Part shown: in pieces, positions 8,050-16,961 of the stretch | Position numbering within the stretch: the stretch's first letter is position 1 | How the letters are laid out: every line of letters starts with the position of its first letter | IMG/VR virus record: IMGVR_UViG_3300021476_000016 | Coordinates: 1-35,017 of that record | Origin: a virus | Lineage: Duplodnaviria > Caudoviricetes | Reading direction: 5' to 3' (one strand) | DNA: 35,017 nucleotides | Translations under genes and position numbers: made by a program | Notes under the pieces: generated by a model | Databases searched by the model: none | The model's input: the letters and a program-made list of their open reading frames with translations, nothing else | What the model was told of the DNA's origin: nothing

Positions 8050-10041
8050 ATGGTTCGGGCGGTTCGTCCTGATCTTTTTCATCATACTCCAAAAGCACAG
8101 AAACTTCGTAAGCTTATTCGTGATTGTATTGATTTGTCCTATCGCACTGTGAGTATGAACTTTCATGTATGGGATGACATTGAGGAACATTATAGAGCTT
8201 TCCGGCCCATAGACGAAGACGATATTGAAAGTATTCGTAAGAACAATGTTCAAAAAATTGTCGTGCCAATTCAATTTGCAACTATGCAAACTATGACTAC
8301 GTTCATGATGGAAGTTTTTACAGCACTTAAACCCGTTTTACGAGTTCGCGGTGCTGATCCGACTTCAGTCCATCCTGCACGTATTATGGAACTATTATTA
8401 GATTATGATTATAGAGGAAATAGAGGTTATTTCTTCCTACAACAGTGGTTCCTGAACGCATATCGTTACGGTTATGCGCCTGCTGAGAATTCGTGGGAGA
8501 CTCGTCAAGTCTTACGTAAACGTATGGGACAAAGTAAACCTGCTGGCTCGCTCATGATTGAAGGTGTAGAGTACAACGTCCCTGGTGACATGCAATATGT
8601 GAACGACTGGTTCACAACTTTTGAGGGAAACAAATGGACTTTAATAGATCCAAGAACGTGGTTTCCTGATCCTCGTGTGCCAATTTCACGTTTTCAGGAC
8701 GGGCAATTCTGCGGAAGACGTACTTACATACACGACAACGATTTACGAAAAATGGAAGATTCAAGCCTCTTCTTCAATGTTGGAGAGATTCCCGAAGGTG
8801 GACGTTCCACACGTGGTGGTGCGACTAGGGACTCCGAATCAGGAATGGACGACAATCGTAGGTCTCGAATTAATCCTATGCAAGCATTAGAATTAGAGTT
8901 AACCGAAGCGCGACGTTCAAGAATGCACGTAAATGAGCAAATCATTATAGAACTTGAACCCGCAGAATATGATCTAAGTGACGAAGATAGACCACAACAG
9001 TGGCTATTTAATCTTATTGACGATGACACAATCGTAAGAGCAGAGCAGTCACCTTTCATTCGTTTCAATTTTGAAGTATTAGAGTCTTATCCTGACATGC
9101 TTGCTACCATGAGCCAGGGACTCATGGAGCTTACCGAACCCCTTTCAGATCATATGAGCTTTCTATTTAACTCTCACATGGCTAACGTGCGTAAAGCTAT
9201 TAACGACATGCTTGTTGTAGACCCCTCCAAAATTGATTTAAGAGATCTTCTGGACCCGAAAGCAGGTAAAATCATAAGACTACTTCCTGCAGCTTACAAC
9301 ATGGATCTTGACAAGGTTGTAAAACAACTTGTTGTACAAGACATTACACAAGGTCACATTGCAGACAGTAAAATGATTATAGAGTTGTGGGAGCGCATAA
9401 CAGGTGCAACTAGCGCCATGTTTGGACAAGTTGCCGGAGGCCGGCGTACAGCAGCGGAGCTACAAGGAGTGTTCAAGAGTTCTGGTAGTCGTATGAAGAT
9501 GCAAGCTGATGTTTTTAGTAGTGAAGGTGTTGCGCCTTTTACCGAGCAAATGTCCATTTTACGTCAGGAAAACATGAGTGAAGAGCAATTTATTGAAATT
9601 GCAGGTGTCGCGGCGGAACGCCTTGGCGTCCAAAAGGAGCGAATTGTTGAAGGTTTTATGAAGGTTCAACGTGATCATATTCAAGGGAATTTCCATTTCC
9701 CCGCAGAAGAAGGTGTTTTGCCTCAGGATAGAGCACAGATGGCTGAAATACTCAAAGGAGTATTTGAGACAGTTGCAAAAGCACCATTTCTCACACAAGC
9801 ATTCGACCCTGTTGAAATTTTTAAAGAATCTGTACGTCAGTACGGAATGCATAATATTGATGATTTCCTACGTAAAGGTGTAAAGAGCAATGTACAAATT
9901 GTACCTCCTGACGTTGTAAGAAACGGAGTTGCAAAGAAACAGCTTGCTCCTGTGGGTCGTCCCGACCAAGGCGTTCGTACAGCCGAACGTTCACTAACAA
10001 CTGAAGGATTCGCAAATGGCGCTGGGCGACCTAGAGATTGA
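8050..10041 (+). CDS. Portal protein, podovirus type
   Basis: About 660 aa between TerL and scaffold/capsid; IDP..WFPDP and ERITGA...FGQ...RRTAAE motifs. Start at 8050 inferred from a TAATG overlap; the frame is open from 7999. Confidence 0.85.
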   Translation: MVRAVRPDLFHHTPKAQKLRKLIRDCIDLSYRTVSMNFHVWDDIEEHYRAFRPIDEDDIESIRKNNVQKIVVPIQFATMQTMTTFMMEVFTALKPVLRVRGADPTSVHPARIMELLLDYDYRGNRGYFFLQQWFLNAYRYGYAPAENSWETRQVLRKRMGQSKPAGSLMIEGVEYNVPGDMQYVNDWFTTFEGNKWTLIDPRTWFPDPRVPISRFQDGQFCGRRTYIHDNDLRKMEDSSLFFNVGEIPEGGRSTRGGATRDSESGMDDNRRSRINPMQALELELTEARRSRMHVNEQIIIELEPAEYDLSDEDRPQQWLFNLIDDDTIVRAEQSPFIRFNFEVLESYPDMLATMSQGLMELTEPLSDHMSFLFNSHMANVRKAINDMLVVDPSKIDLRDLLDPKAGKIIRLLPAAYNMDLDKVVKQLVVQDITQGHIADSKMIIELWERITGATSAMFGQVAGGRRTAAELQGVFKSSGSRMKMQADVFSSEGVAPFTEQMSILRQENMSEEQFIEIAGVAAERLGVQKERIVEGFMKVQRDHIQGNFHFPAEEGVLPQDRAQMAEILKGVFETVAKAPFLTQAFDPVEIFKESVRQYGMHNIDDFLRKGVKSNVQIVPPDVVRNGVAKKQLAPVGRPDQGVRTAERSLTTEGFANGAGRPRD

Positions 10042-10324
10042 TAGTGAACGCGAACAACGTCGTATGCTGGCGGACATCAAGTCCTTCGAGGATTTGCTGC
10101 GTGAAGCTGCGGGGACTCCTTGGTGGAATTGTTTTGTGGAGTCTGTTACACAACGGCGTAACGCTTTCGTCACCAATCTTTGTGAAGGTGGTCTTGACAA
10201 ACCTGCTGAGGACATGCTTCGTGGGCGCATTCAAGAGGACACTTTTATTCTTGCACTGGACAACAAAGCTAAACAACTAGAGGAGGAAAAAAATGGGCGG
10301 GCACGCAGGCGAGCGGACTCCTAG
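10016..10324 (+). CDS. Small helical protein between portal and scaffold
   Basis: Overlaps both neighbours; LRGRIQ-type motif common in post-portal proteins. Confidence 0.7.
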   Translation: MALGDLEIDSEREQRRMLADIKSFEDLLREAAGTPWWNCFVESVTQRRNAFVTNLCEGGLDKPAEDMLRGRIQEDTFILALDNKAKQLEEEKNGRARRRADS

Positions 10325-11243
10325 AGAACTTCGCAGTGAGATGGACGCGAGCGAGATGAACGACATCATCCGTGAGCAAATGGGTGATATCGCAAAGAGT
10401 GATTCACGTGGTGATCAACGGTTAGTCAAAGGTGGTACAGCCGATGACAAAGCTGTTGAAGACTTCGCCAAAGAAGCGGAGCGAACAGGTCGTGAACCCG
10501 AGCCTCGTCCCACTCGTGAAGAGCCTCCCGCCCGTGAGCGTGAAGTTCGTGTGGAGCGTGAGGGTACAGAGCTACCTGCTGACGATCGTCTTGCAAAAGC
10601 TCTGGAAACTATCGAGACTTTGACTGGTCGTATTCAGTCATTGGAATCGTCACCACGCACTACTGCTCGTGCCGAACCAACCATCGAACTCGAAGACATC
10701 ATTCCAAATGTTCGTTTGCCGAAGGACCGTAACATGTGGCCCATCAAACTTGGCAAAGAGGATGTCAAGAAGATGGGTATTGACCCTGAGATTACAGATG
10801 GTCTCAACGTCTTGGCAAACGCATTCTATCAGTTCGTTCTGGACACTATTCCTGGAATGGCAGCAGGCCAAGTCAGAACATTCCTACAAGGACGTGACAA
10901 CGCCTCTGTTGCAAAGCAGACTTTCGTTTCGAAATTCAAAGATCTCGAAGGTCATGATGACCTAGTAGAGATGATCGAGACTCGTCAGGGTGGAGTGTGG
11001 GAGACGTGGAAGCATCTTCCTCGTCCAGCCTACATGGACAAGCTTGCAGAAGCTGCACGTACGCGGATAGCAACGCTTCGTGGCCAGTCCTACGCCGAGT
11101 ATATGGGTAACCTCGGGGAACGTAGGCCGACACAGGGCGGTTCACGGGCGACCACAACGCCCGTCGCCGGACGCGGTTCACGTGTTCGACGCACTGGTCA
11201 GCAGGCCGAAATGGACGACCTCATCGACAACAAAGGTCGTTAG
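10293..11243 (+). CDS. Putative capsid scaffolding protein
   Basis: GAGGAGG SD; charged, disordered and coiled-coil composition; directly upstream of the major capsid gene. Confidence 0.7.
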   Translation: MGGHAGERTPRELRSEMDASEMNDIIREQMGDIAKSDSRGDQRLVKGGTADDKAVEDFAKEAERTGREPEPRPTREEPPAREREVRVEREGTELPADDRLAKALETIETLTGRIQSLESSPRTTARAEPTIELEDIIPNVRLPKDRNMWPIKLGKEDVKKMGIDPEITDGLNVLANAFYQFVLDTIPGMAAGQVRTFLQGRDNASVAKQTFVSKFKDLEGHDDLVEMIETRQGGVWETWKHLPRPAYMDKLAEAARTRIATLRGQSYAEYMGNLGERRPTQGGSRATTTPVAGRGSRVRRTGQQAEMDDLIDNKGR

Positions 11244-11252
11244 GAGCGCTAA

Positions 11253-12494
11253 ATGCCCGCAATACTAGGACTCCGTGGAGCAGGGGACTTCACGGCAAAC
11301 GAGCGTCCGCAGAATTGGCGTGAAATGATCCTTTTCCTGTTCCCCAATGGTGAAGCGCCATTGACTGGACTTATGTCCATGTTGAAGGCACAGGGAACAG
11401 ACGATCCCGACTACAACTGGTGGGAGAAGCGTCTTCCTGTACAGCGTATGATCGTCACGAACGGTCCTTACGCGGCAGGTATCAACGCTAATATCACCGT
11501 GCAAGCCTCGGCTACAAATCCTGGGCTACAAGGTGGTGCCAAAGATATAGTCAAAGGCACTATCGTGATGGATGAGACGACGTTCGAGTTGCTACGAATC
11601 GACGCCGATCCTGTGTCCGACACCAACATCCCACAGGTCACACGTGGTTACGGTGCCATCGCAGCACAGATCATCAACACAGGTGACGCGTTAGTAGTCG
11701 TCGGGAACGTACACGATGAAGGTTCGAAGGCTCCGACGGCGAAAGCGTACGCACCTGTCAAGGTGACGAACTTCTGCCAGATCTTCAGGATGCCTTTGTA
11801 CCTCACTCGTACAGCACGACGCACGCGTCTACGGTGGGACAACACCGGTCCTTATCGCGAAGCAAAGCGTGAAGCTCTTCAGCTTCACTCCATAGAAATG
11901 GAAAAGGCATTTCTATGGGGCAACCCGGTGGAAATCACAGGTTACAACGGGAAGCCTCAACGCATGACGGGTGGGGTGTTAAATTTCATCCTCACGAACA
12001 AAGGTTCGAGCGCGGGCGGCTCGGCAGGTACTACTGCTACATTCAACGTGAACGGACCGTTGGACGAGGACACGCTAGATGTTCTTTGCGAGAATATCTT
12101 CCGCTTCGGCACAAATGAAAAATTGTGCCTGGCAGGGTCTACTTTCCTACGTGCCATCACCACGCTCGGAAAGCGTAATGGTACGCTCAACCTAGTACCG
12201 ACGGATCACGTCTACGGCATGAAGGTCATCGAGTATGTGACTGCTTACGGTAGTCTCATGCTCAAGAATCACCCGCTTCTGTCGCAACATCCTGTGTGGC
12301 GGCAGAACGCAGTCATCCTGGACCCAGGAAATCTCGTCTATCGAGATTTGGACGACACCATGTTCATCAAGAATCGTCAGGACAACGACGAGGACGCAAG
12401 CATGGACGAGTTCATGACGGAATCTGGTCTAGAGCTACACTTCGAGGAAACACACGCTTACATCGAGAACGTGACTGGAGCTCTGATCCAGTAA
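11253..12494 (+). CDS. Major capsid protein (HK97 fold, SU10/DUF5309-like)
   Basis: RPQNWRE, APLT, WWE, NFCQIFR, EMEKAFLWG, RMTGG, TAYG, HPL and TESGLE motifs; 413 aa after the scaffold. Confidence 0.9.
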   Translation: MPAILGLRGAGDFTANERPQNWREMILFLFPNGEAPLTGLMSMLKAQGTDDPDYNWWEKRLPVQRMIVTNGPYAAGINANITVQASATNPGLQGGAKDIVKGTIVMDETTFELLRIDADPVSDTNIPQVTRGYGAIAAQIINTGDALVVVGNVHDEGSKAPTAKAYAPVKVTNFCQIFRMPLYLTRTARRTRLRWDNTGPYREAKREALQLHSIEMEKAFLWGNPVEITGYNGKPQRMTGGVLNFILTNKGSSAGGSAGTTATFNVNGPLDEDTLDVLCENIFRFGTNEKLCLAGSTFLRAITTLGKRNGTLNLVPTDHVYGMKVIEYVTAYGSLMLKNHPLLSQHPVWRQNAVILDPGNLVYRDLDDTMFIKNRQDNDEDASMDEFMTESGLELHFEETHAYIENVTGALIQ

Positions 12495-12507
12495 GTGAGG
12501 TGAGAGT

Positions 12508-12768
12508 ATGCCGGGCAGAAGCAAGGGACGTGACGCAGCCGCACGCAACAACAAGCCTTTCAAAAAGGTGGGTGACCATAGGCTGCGTGACTGGCAGAAC
12601 GAACTCGGTGGTCAAAGCGGTGCAGCGCTCTCGGACGAGTTCGAGGCATATGACCGAAACGACGAAATTCTGCACAGGAACGCGAGTGGTCACGAACTTG
12701 GGTGGGAGGGTCCGGAAGACCCTCCTGAAGGCAGGGAGTTTCAGGGTGCTCCAAGGAGAAGAGATTGA
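12508..12768 (+). CDS. Small hydrophilic hypothetical protein
   Basis: GAGGTG SD right after the capsid gene stop. Confidence 0.7.
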   Translation: MPGRSKGRDAAARNNKPFKKVGDHRLRDWQNELGGQSGAALSDEFEAYDRNDEILHRNASGHELGWEGPEDPPEGREFQGAPRRRD

Positions 12769-12962
12769 GCAAGGAAAAACCGCAACGTATGACGGGTGGA
12801 GTGTTGAACTTCATCCTTGCTAACAAGAGAACCTTCGTGGATGACTCTACAGACAACAAGGTACTAGATGAGGACACACTAGATACTCTTTGCGAGAACA
12901 TCTTCCAATGGAAAGGTCCAGAAGACTCACCCGAGGAACAAAGGAGGAGAGATTGAGCAAGG
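12753..12962 (+). repeat. 22-bp direct repeat of an SD/stop/start junction (12753-12774 and 12941-12962)
   Basis: AAGGAGAAGAGATTGAGCAAGG versus AAGGAGGAGAGATTGAGCAAGG, 21 of 22 identical. Confidence 0.9.
12765..12956 (+). CDS. 63-aa chimeric ORF containing a diverged copy of part of the major capsid gene
   Basis: KPQRMTGGVLNFILANK and LDEDTLDTLCENIF match the capsid gene at 11952-12101; own AAGGAG SD; TTGA overlaps at both ends. Confidence 0.7.
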   Translation: MSKEKPQRMTGGVLNFILANKRTFVDDSTDNKVLDEDTLDTLCENIFQWKGPEDSPEEQRRRD

Positions 12963-13210
12963 GACACGGCTACCAGGGAAACACAAAGGTCGACACAGGA
13001 AGCGGTACGGAACACGGTCTTGGGTGGGCGGAAGAACATTCTTCCAAACACAAGGGAATCACTCCACAGAACTCTGTCGACAACAAATTTGCACACAAGG
13101 ACGTTCCGGGTGGCGGTCAGACTGGTGAGTCTGGCAAGGGTTCCTGGATCGATGGAGAGGGACCGAATCCAGGAAGCGGACACGTAAAGGTGCCGATCAG
13201 GAAGAGCTAA
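12953..13210 (+). CDS. Small Gly/Lys/His-rich hypothetical protein
   Basis: AAGGAGG SD and TTG start at 12953 (in frame with track ORF 12890..13210). Confidence 0.7.
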   Translation: MSKGHGYQGNTKVDTGSGTEHGLGWAEEHSSKHKGITPQNSVDNKFAHKDVPGGGQTGESGKGSWIDGEGPNPGSGHVKVPIRKS

Positions 13211-13264
13211 ACACAAAAAACCAGCTTAGGCCTCGTCGTAAGACGGAACGGCCATGAGGGCTAG

Positions 13265-13771
13265 ATGATAAAATGGCGCAAGTTCTTAGTGGGGTCTGGC
13301 AAGGCCCGGGCGGGCTTTGTCGGACTCCTCGATCAAAGTAACGTCTCGGCAGCAGGTGTTGGCTCTGTTGCGACTGGAGCTTTAAACCTGCTGACCGCGA
13401 CGTTACGTGCGAACGCATTGTACAAAAATGCAATGCGTATTCGTATTGTTGCCGAAGGTAGCTTTGCCGCCAACGGTAACAACAAAGAGATTCAGATTCA
13501 AATCGGTGGTACGGTGATCTTCGACACTGGCGTCCTAACGGACAACAACGTCCCGTGGTATCTCGAGGCGTACCTCGTGAGAACTGGATCGAAAGCTCAG
13601 TTCTCATATGGCTTCATCTTCGGTGGTACAACACTACGTGCACAAACACGCACTGCTGGTTTGGTGATCGACAACACTGTCGATCAGGTCATCAGTGTAA
13701 CAGCTCTAACCGCAATCGCAAACAACGACATTCTCGCTAACGACCTCCAGGTCGAAGCGTTGACACTCTAA
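13265..13771 (+). CDS. Putative capsid decoration or minor structural protein
   Basis: Beta-rich, 168 aa, downstream of the capsid gene; no Cys and no clear signal peptide. Confidence 0.6.
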   Translation: MIKWRKFLVGSGKARAGFVGLLDQSNVSAAGVGSVATGALNLLTATLRANALYKNAMRIRIVAEGSFAANGNNKEIQIQIGGTVIFDTGVLTDNNVPWYLEAYLVRTGSKAQFSYGFIFGGTTLRAQTRTAGLVIDNTVDQVISVTALTAIANNDILANDLQVEALTL

Positions 13772-13784
13772 AGGGGGGAAGCAG

Positions 13785-14381
13785 GTGTTTTTCAACTTCA
13801 TCCGCTCACACAAAAAGACCGTTGCTGGACTGGTCGCTGGCCTGCTTCTCGCGGGCGGTGTCGCATGGGCTCAGACAAGCGTCGAGTGGCGCGCACAAGG
13901 ACTGTTGTTCAGAGTAGCAAACCCGTTCATCGCCTACGCAGGAACACTCACGTTCCAGAGTATCTCTGGAGCGTTTGTGTACGGATTCCCTGCTCCAGGC
14001 GTTCCGACATGTGGCATGGCCAACGGTCTAGGTGGTATGATCGTCGCAGCGGGTAGTTGTGGAGTCACTAACAACGCTGGGGTTTCACGTGGTAGTGACT
14101 TTGCAGCACGCATTCTGCTAGGCGCAAACAACCAGAATGCCATAGGCACACTTGGATCGGTGTTAGTAGTCACGTTTGCTAACACTTATCTCGATGTACC
14201 AGCCTGTGTCGCTATGTACGACTCACCAGGTAAGTACGGCTACTACATCTACGCAGTAACACCATCAACAACAGGTGTGTTGATCAAGCTAGGAGTTCCG
14301 GCTCCTTTCCCGTTGACACCAGCGGTCGCATCATTTAGTCCAGGTGACAACGTCAACCTCATCTGTTCGAGAACTCTATAG
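13785..14381 (+). CDS. Signal-peptide-bearing virion-type protein
   Basis: HKKTVAGLVAGLLLAGGVAWA|Q; C-terminal VTFANTY..VPACV...ICS module resembling fibre C-terminal domains; 4 Cys. Confidence 0.75.
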   Translation: MFFNFIRSHKKTVAGLVAGLLLAGGVAWAQTSVEWRAQGLLFRVANPFIAYAGTLTFQSISGAFVYGFPAPGVPTCGMANGLGGMIVAAGSCGVTNNAGVSRGSDFAARILLGANNQNAIGTLGSVLVVTFANTYLDVPACVAMYDSPGKYGYYIYAVTPSTTGVLIKLGVPAPFPLTPAVASFSPGDNVNLICSRTL

Positions 14382-14382
14382 A

Positions 14383-14613
14383 ATGAATAAAATCGTGTAC
14401 GTGCTCATTTACGGCCTGGCGCTCCTTGGGGCTTGGGTGCAAGGTGCAGTAGAGGGGTACGTACACGGTAAATCAGATGCTCAGAATAATCTTGCACCAC
14501 GTGCATTTGTTATAATGCGCCCGGGCGGGAAGTGTTATTTTGAGAATCGTGAACAACTTAGACAATTCTCTGGTCCAGCAGAAGTTGTTGTATTAGGACA
14601 ATCTTTACAATGA
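14383..14613 (+). CDS. Small protein with N-terminal membrane anchor
   Basis: ATG 1 nt after the upstream stop; MNKIVYVLIYGLALLGAW; ATGA overlap with the next gene. Confidence 0.65.
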   Translation: MNKIVYVLIYGLALLGAWVQGAVEGYVHGKSDAQNNLAPRAFVIMRPGGKCYFENREQLRQFSGPAEVVVLGQSLQ

Positions 14614-15503
14614 CATTTTTACAAGGCGTGAGCTTGTTTTTACTAAGTCAAGGAATATCTACGATATTTGGTGAGTCACCATTTTACAGTCTTATGCGTT
14701 CTACTTCTACATATATCATCATTGTAGGTGCTTTGGTTGCTTATCGTTATTATCACATGACACGTAATTTTGTTTTCTTCACTTGTAGTACGTTCGGAGT
14801 ATTTTTATGTATCGGAAATCTATTACAAATATATAACAATGTACATCTTGAACCTGGTGTTCTATACCGTGCTAATGGATTTATGCCACATTTTAACGAT
14901 TTGGCAATTGTTCCGGTGCTAGCGCCCTTTATGTTCACGTGGGGACTCGCGCCCGCGTTATTAGCAATGTTGTTGGGTGGGAGTCGTAACGCCATATTAG
15001 GTTCTATGGTCGTACTTGTATTCTCGACTTGGCGTTATCGCTGGTACTTGCTCGGAGGTATAAGCTCTGCTTTTATGTTTAGTCATATGTATCATCCTAG
15101 TGGTGGCTTTATTACACGACTGGGTCACTGGGCGCTTGCGACACAGATGTTTTGGGAGCGTCCTGACATCGGTTTTGGTCCTTACACATTTGTGGATCAT
15201 TATTTCAAAGCTGTCACGACTTATGCAAAACCTTATGGTGTGCCACTTGAAATGAACTATATTCCGTGGGCTCATTCACTATATTATGAGCTTTTAAGTG
15301 AGCGTGGTATTTTTGGTTTTGTGGCAATTCTACTACCGCTAACTCTATGTTTTTGGCACCGAAATCTTGCTGCTGCAACTTCAGCTTTTTTAATAATGGG
15401 AATCTTCGATCTTACATTCCTAAAACCTTGGGTTGTCGTAGTCTACTTCTTTCTACTGCTTCTAGGACTCGCCGAAAAGGAGTATGAATGTGGGATGGTA
15501 TAG
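14610..15503 (+). CDS. O-antigen ligase-like (Wzy_C / GT-C type) polytopic membrane protein
   Basis: Many hydrophobic segments; RANG...HFNDLA, GSRNA, R..HW, GFGPYTF and AHSLYYELLSERGIFG match the WaaL/O-oligosaccharyltransferase pattern. Confidence 0.8.
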   Translation: MTFLQGVSLFLLSQGISTIFGESPFYSLMRSTSTYIIIVGALVAYRYYHMTRNFVFFTCSTFGVFLCIGNLLQIYNNVHLEPGVLYRANGFMPHFNDLAIVPVLAPFMFTWGLAPALLAMLLGGSRNAILGSMVVLVFSTWRYRWYLLGGISSAFMFSHMYHPSGGFITRLGHWALATQMFWERPDIGFGPYTFVDHYFKAVTTYAKPYGVPLEMNYIPWAHSLYYELLSERGIFGFVAILLPLTLCFWHRNLAAATSAFLIMGIFDLTFLKPWVVVVYFFLLLLGLAEKEYECGMV

Positions 15504-15867
15504 GTATCTTGTTGCTTTCTTTGCTAGTTGTATTCTTGCTCTTTCGTGTTCGTTAGCTCAAGCTGACGTACTTCGTTTTGTAGGAACAGTCGCGAGCGTA
15601 ACCACATCAAACGTGGTTGACGCCCGCGCGTGGCTTCCTACAAAACATCAGCTCGTTGCACTTCCTATTGGTTCGCCTGCGAGTTGTACTGTTCAATGGC
15701 AATTTTCATTGGACAACGTAAATTGGTTTTCTCTTGGCTCTGCTCAGACATGTACATCTACAATTAACACGTCTGTTGTGGATGTTCCAGTCGGATTCGT
15801 TCGTGGAAATGTTACAGCGTTAAGTGCTGCTGCGAGTGTCCAACTTTGGTATATCGGAACTCACTAA
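15484..15867 (+). CDS. Signal-peptide-bearing small beta-sandwich protein
   Basis: AAGGAG SD; hydrophobic leader ending A-Q-A|D; Q.SLD..NW and FVR motifs; 2 Cys in the mature part. Confidence 0.75.
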   Translation: MNVGWYRYLVAFFASCILALSCSLAQADVLRFVGTVASVTTSNVVDARAWLPTKHQLVALPIGSPASCTVQWQFSLDNVNWFSLGSAQTCTSTINTSVVDVPVGFVRGNVTALSAAASVQLWYIGTH

Positions 15868-15878
15868 GGAGTATAAAA

Positions 15879-16172
15879 ATGGCAGATGAAGTCGTAAAGC
15901 GTTCCGCAGCGGAAGACATCGAAACGACTGTGAAAGTTATCAAAATCACAGTCGAGGATCCTGGACTGAAAGCACGTCATCCGTTCCCTCTTGGGCGTAT
16001 TCTAGAGGACTTTGTTCATCGCCTTAACGCGGATGACTATCCCGTTCTAAAATACGAGGTGGAAGATGGGGTACGACCACACGAAGAAGAAGTTGCTTCA
16101 GAAAGCATTTCACGAAGTGAAACACAACGAACCGTCGATAGTGAAAAAGACAAGAAAGAAGAAGGGTGCTAA
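15879..16172 (+). CDS. Acidic hypothetical protein
   Basis: AAGGAG SD before the ATG at 15879 (in frame with track ORF 15846). Confidence 0.7.
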   Translation: MADEVVKRSAAEDIETTVKVIKITVEDPGLKARHPFPLGRILEDFVHRLNADDYPVLKYEVEDGVRPHEEEVASESISRSETQRTVDSEKDKKEEGC

Positions 16173-16233
16173 GGCAGCAGAACGTCAAAAAACAGCGATA
16201 GCTCTAAGCAAAGCTAGGAGAGGTGACGTTTGA
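16066..16233 (+). CDS. 55-aa Lys-rich basic protein with AIALSKAR motif (not in ORF track)
   Basis: Read by hand; GAGGTGG SD; TTGA overlap with the next gene; Q..AIALS.A motif common in small basic phage proteins. Confidence 0.7.
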   Translation: MGYDHTKKKLLQKAFHEVKHNEPSIVKKTRKKKGAKAAERQKTAIALSKARRGDV

Positions 16234-16961
16234 CCTTACAGATTAATGTTCGTAAGGATGTTGAAAATAACGTCCTTAATATTTTAAATCGCGGGAGTGA
16301 TCCCTCTATGACTGCTCTTGTGCAGACGTGGTTTTACACAGCACACAAAGCATTGCAAAGACTTCATAATTTTAGATGCATGGAAGCTACAAGCTTTGTT
16401 CCATTAATTGGACCAGTCGGAACAACTTTAGGAATAACTCGCTATCCTGTTCCACCTGACCTTAAAAAGTCGCGTGTAGCTTATCAGATTGATCCTTCAA
16501 CTGGATTCATTGTTAGGTTTTTCGAGGAGACCTCAATTGAAACCATTCGGCAAAATCGTTGGTATACTTCGCCAAACTCACCTGAATGGCCTTTTGGCAC
16601 CGACTCGGATCCGAATTTGAATCTCCCTGGACAACGACAAATCACGTCAAAGTCTTCCAAATTTGCGATATGGAATGATACTATAGAAATTGATCCTGCG
16701 CCAGGAATTACAGACAATGCAAACTACTTTCAATTAGACTACTACAGGTGGCTTTTGCCTCCTGCTGAAAATTCTTTTGACTGGTTCACGATTCATGCCT
16801 TCGATTATTTAACTTATAGAAGTTTAATAGAGTACGCACAAGCTTCCGGTGGTGATACACGACTACCTATGTGGCAGGCGCTCGTGACAAGTTCATGGAG
16901 TGAGGTAAGAAATCCTGACGTGGACGCTTCAAATTCAGGAGAGTTGGTGATGCGCGGATGA
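16230..16961 (+). CDS. Putative head-tail adaptor (tail tubular protein A-like)
   Basis: AGGAGAGG SD, TTG start; helical termini with Y.VP.D and I.I.PAP beta insert; position before fibres and nozzle. Confidence 0.7.
   Translation: MTLQINVRKDVENNVLNILNRGSDPSMTALVQTWFYTAHKALQRLHNFRCMEATSFVPLIGPVGTTLGITRYPVPPDLKKSRVAYQIDPSTGFIVRFFEETSIETIRQNRWYTSPNSPEWPFGTDSDPNLNLPGQRQITSKSSKFAIWNDTIEIDPAPGITDNANYFQLDYYRWLLPPAENSFDWFTIHAFDYLTYRSLIEYAQASGGDTRLPMWQALVTSSWSEVRNPDVDASNSGELVMRG

Noticed and set aside
11952-12905. Diversity-generating retroelement TR/VR pair
   Set aside because: Differences are mostly synonymous third-position changes, not adenine-specific, and no reverse transcriptase is present.
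12560-13607. Long antisense ORFs (12560..13216, 13197..13607) and similar shadow ORFs elsewhere
   Set aside because: They lie opposite or out of frame with well-supported genes and have no recognisable motifs.
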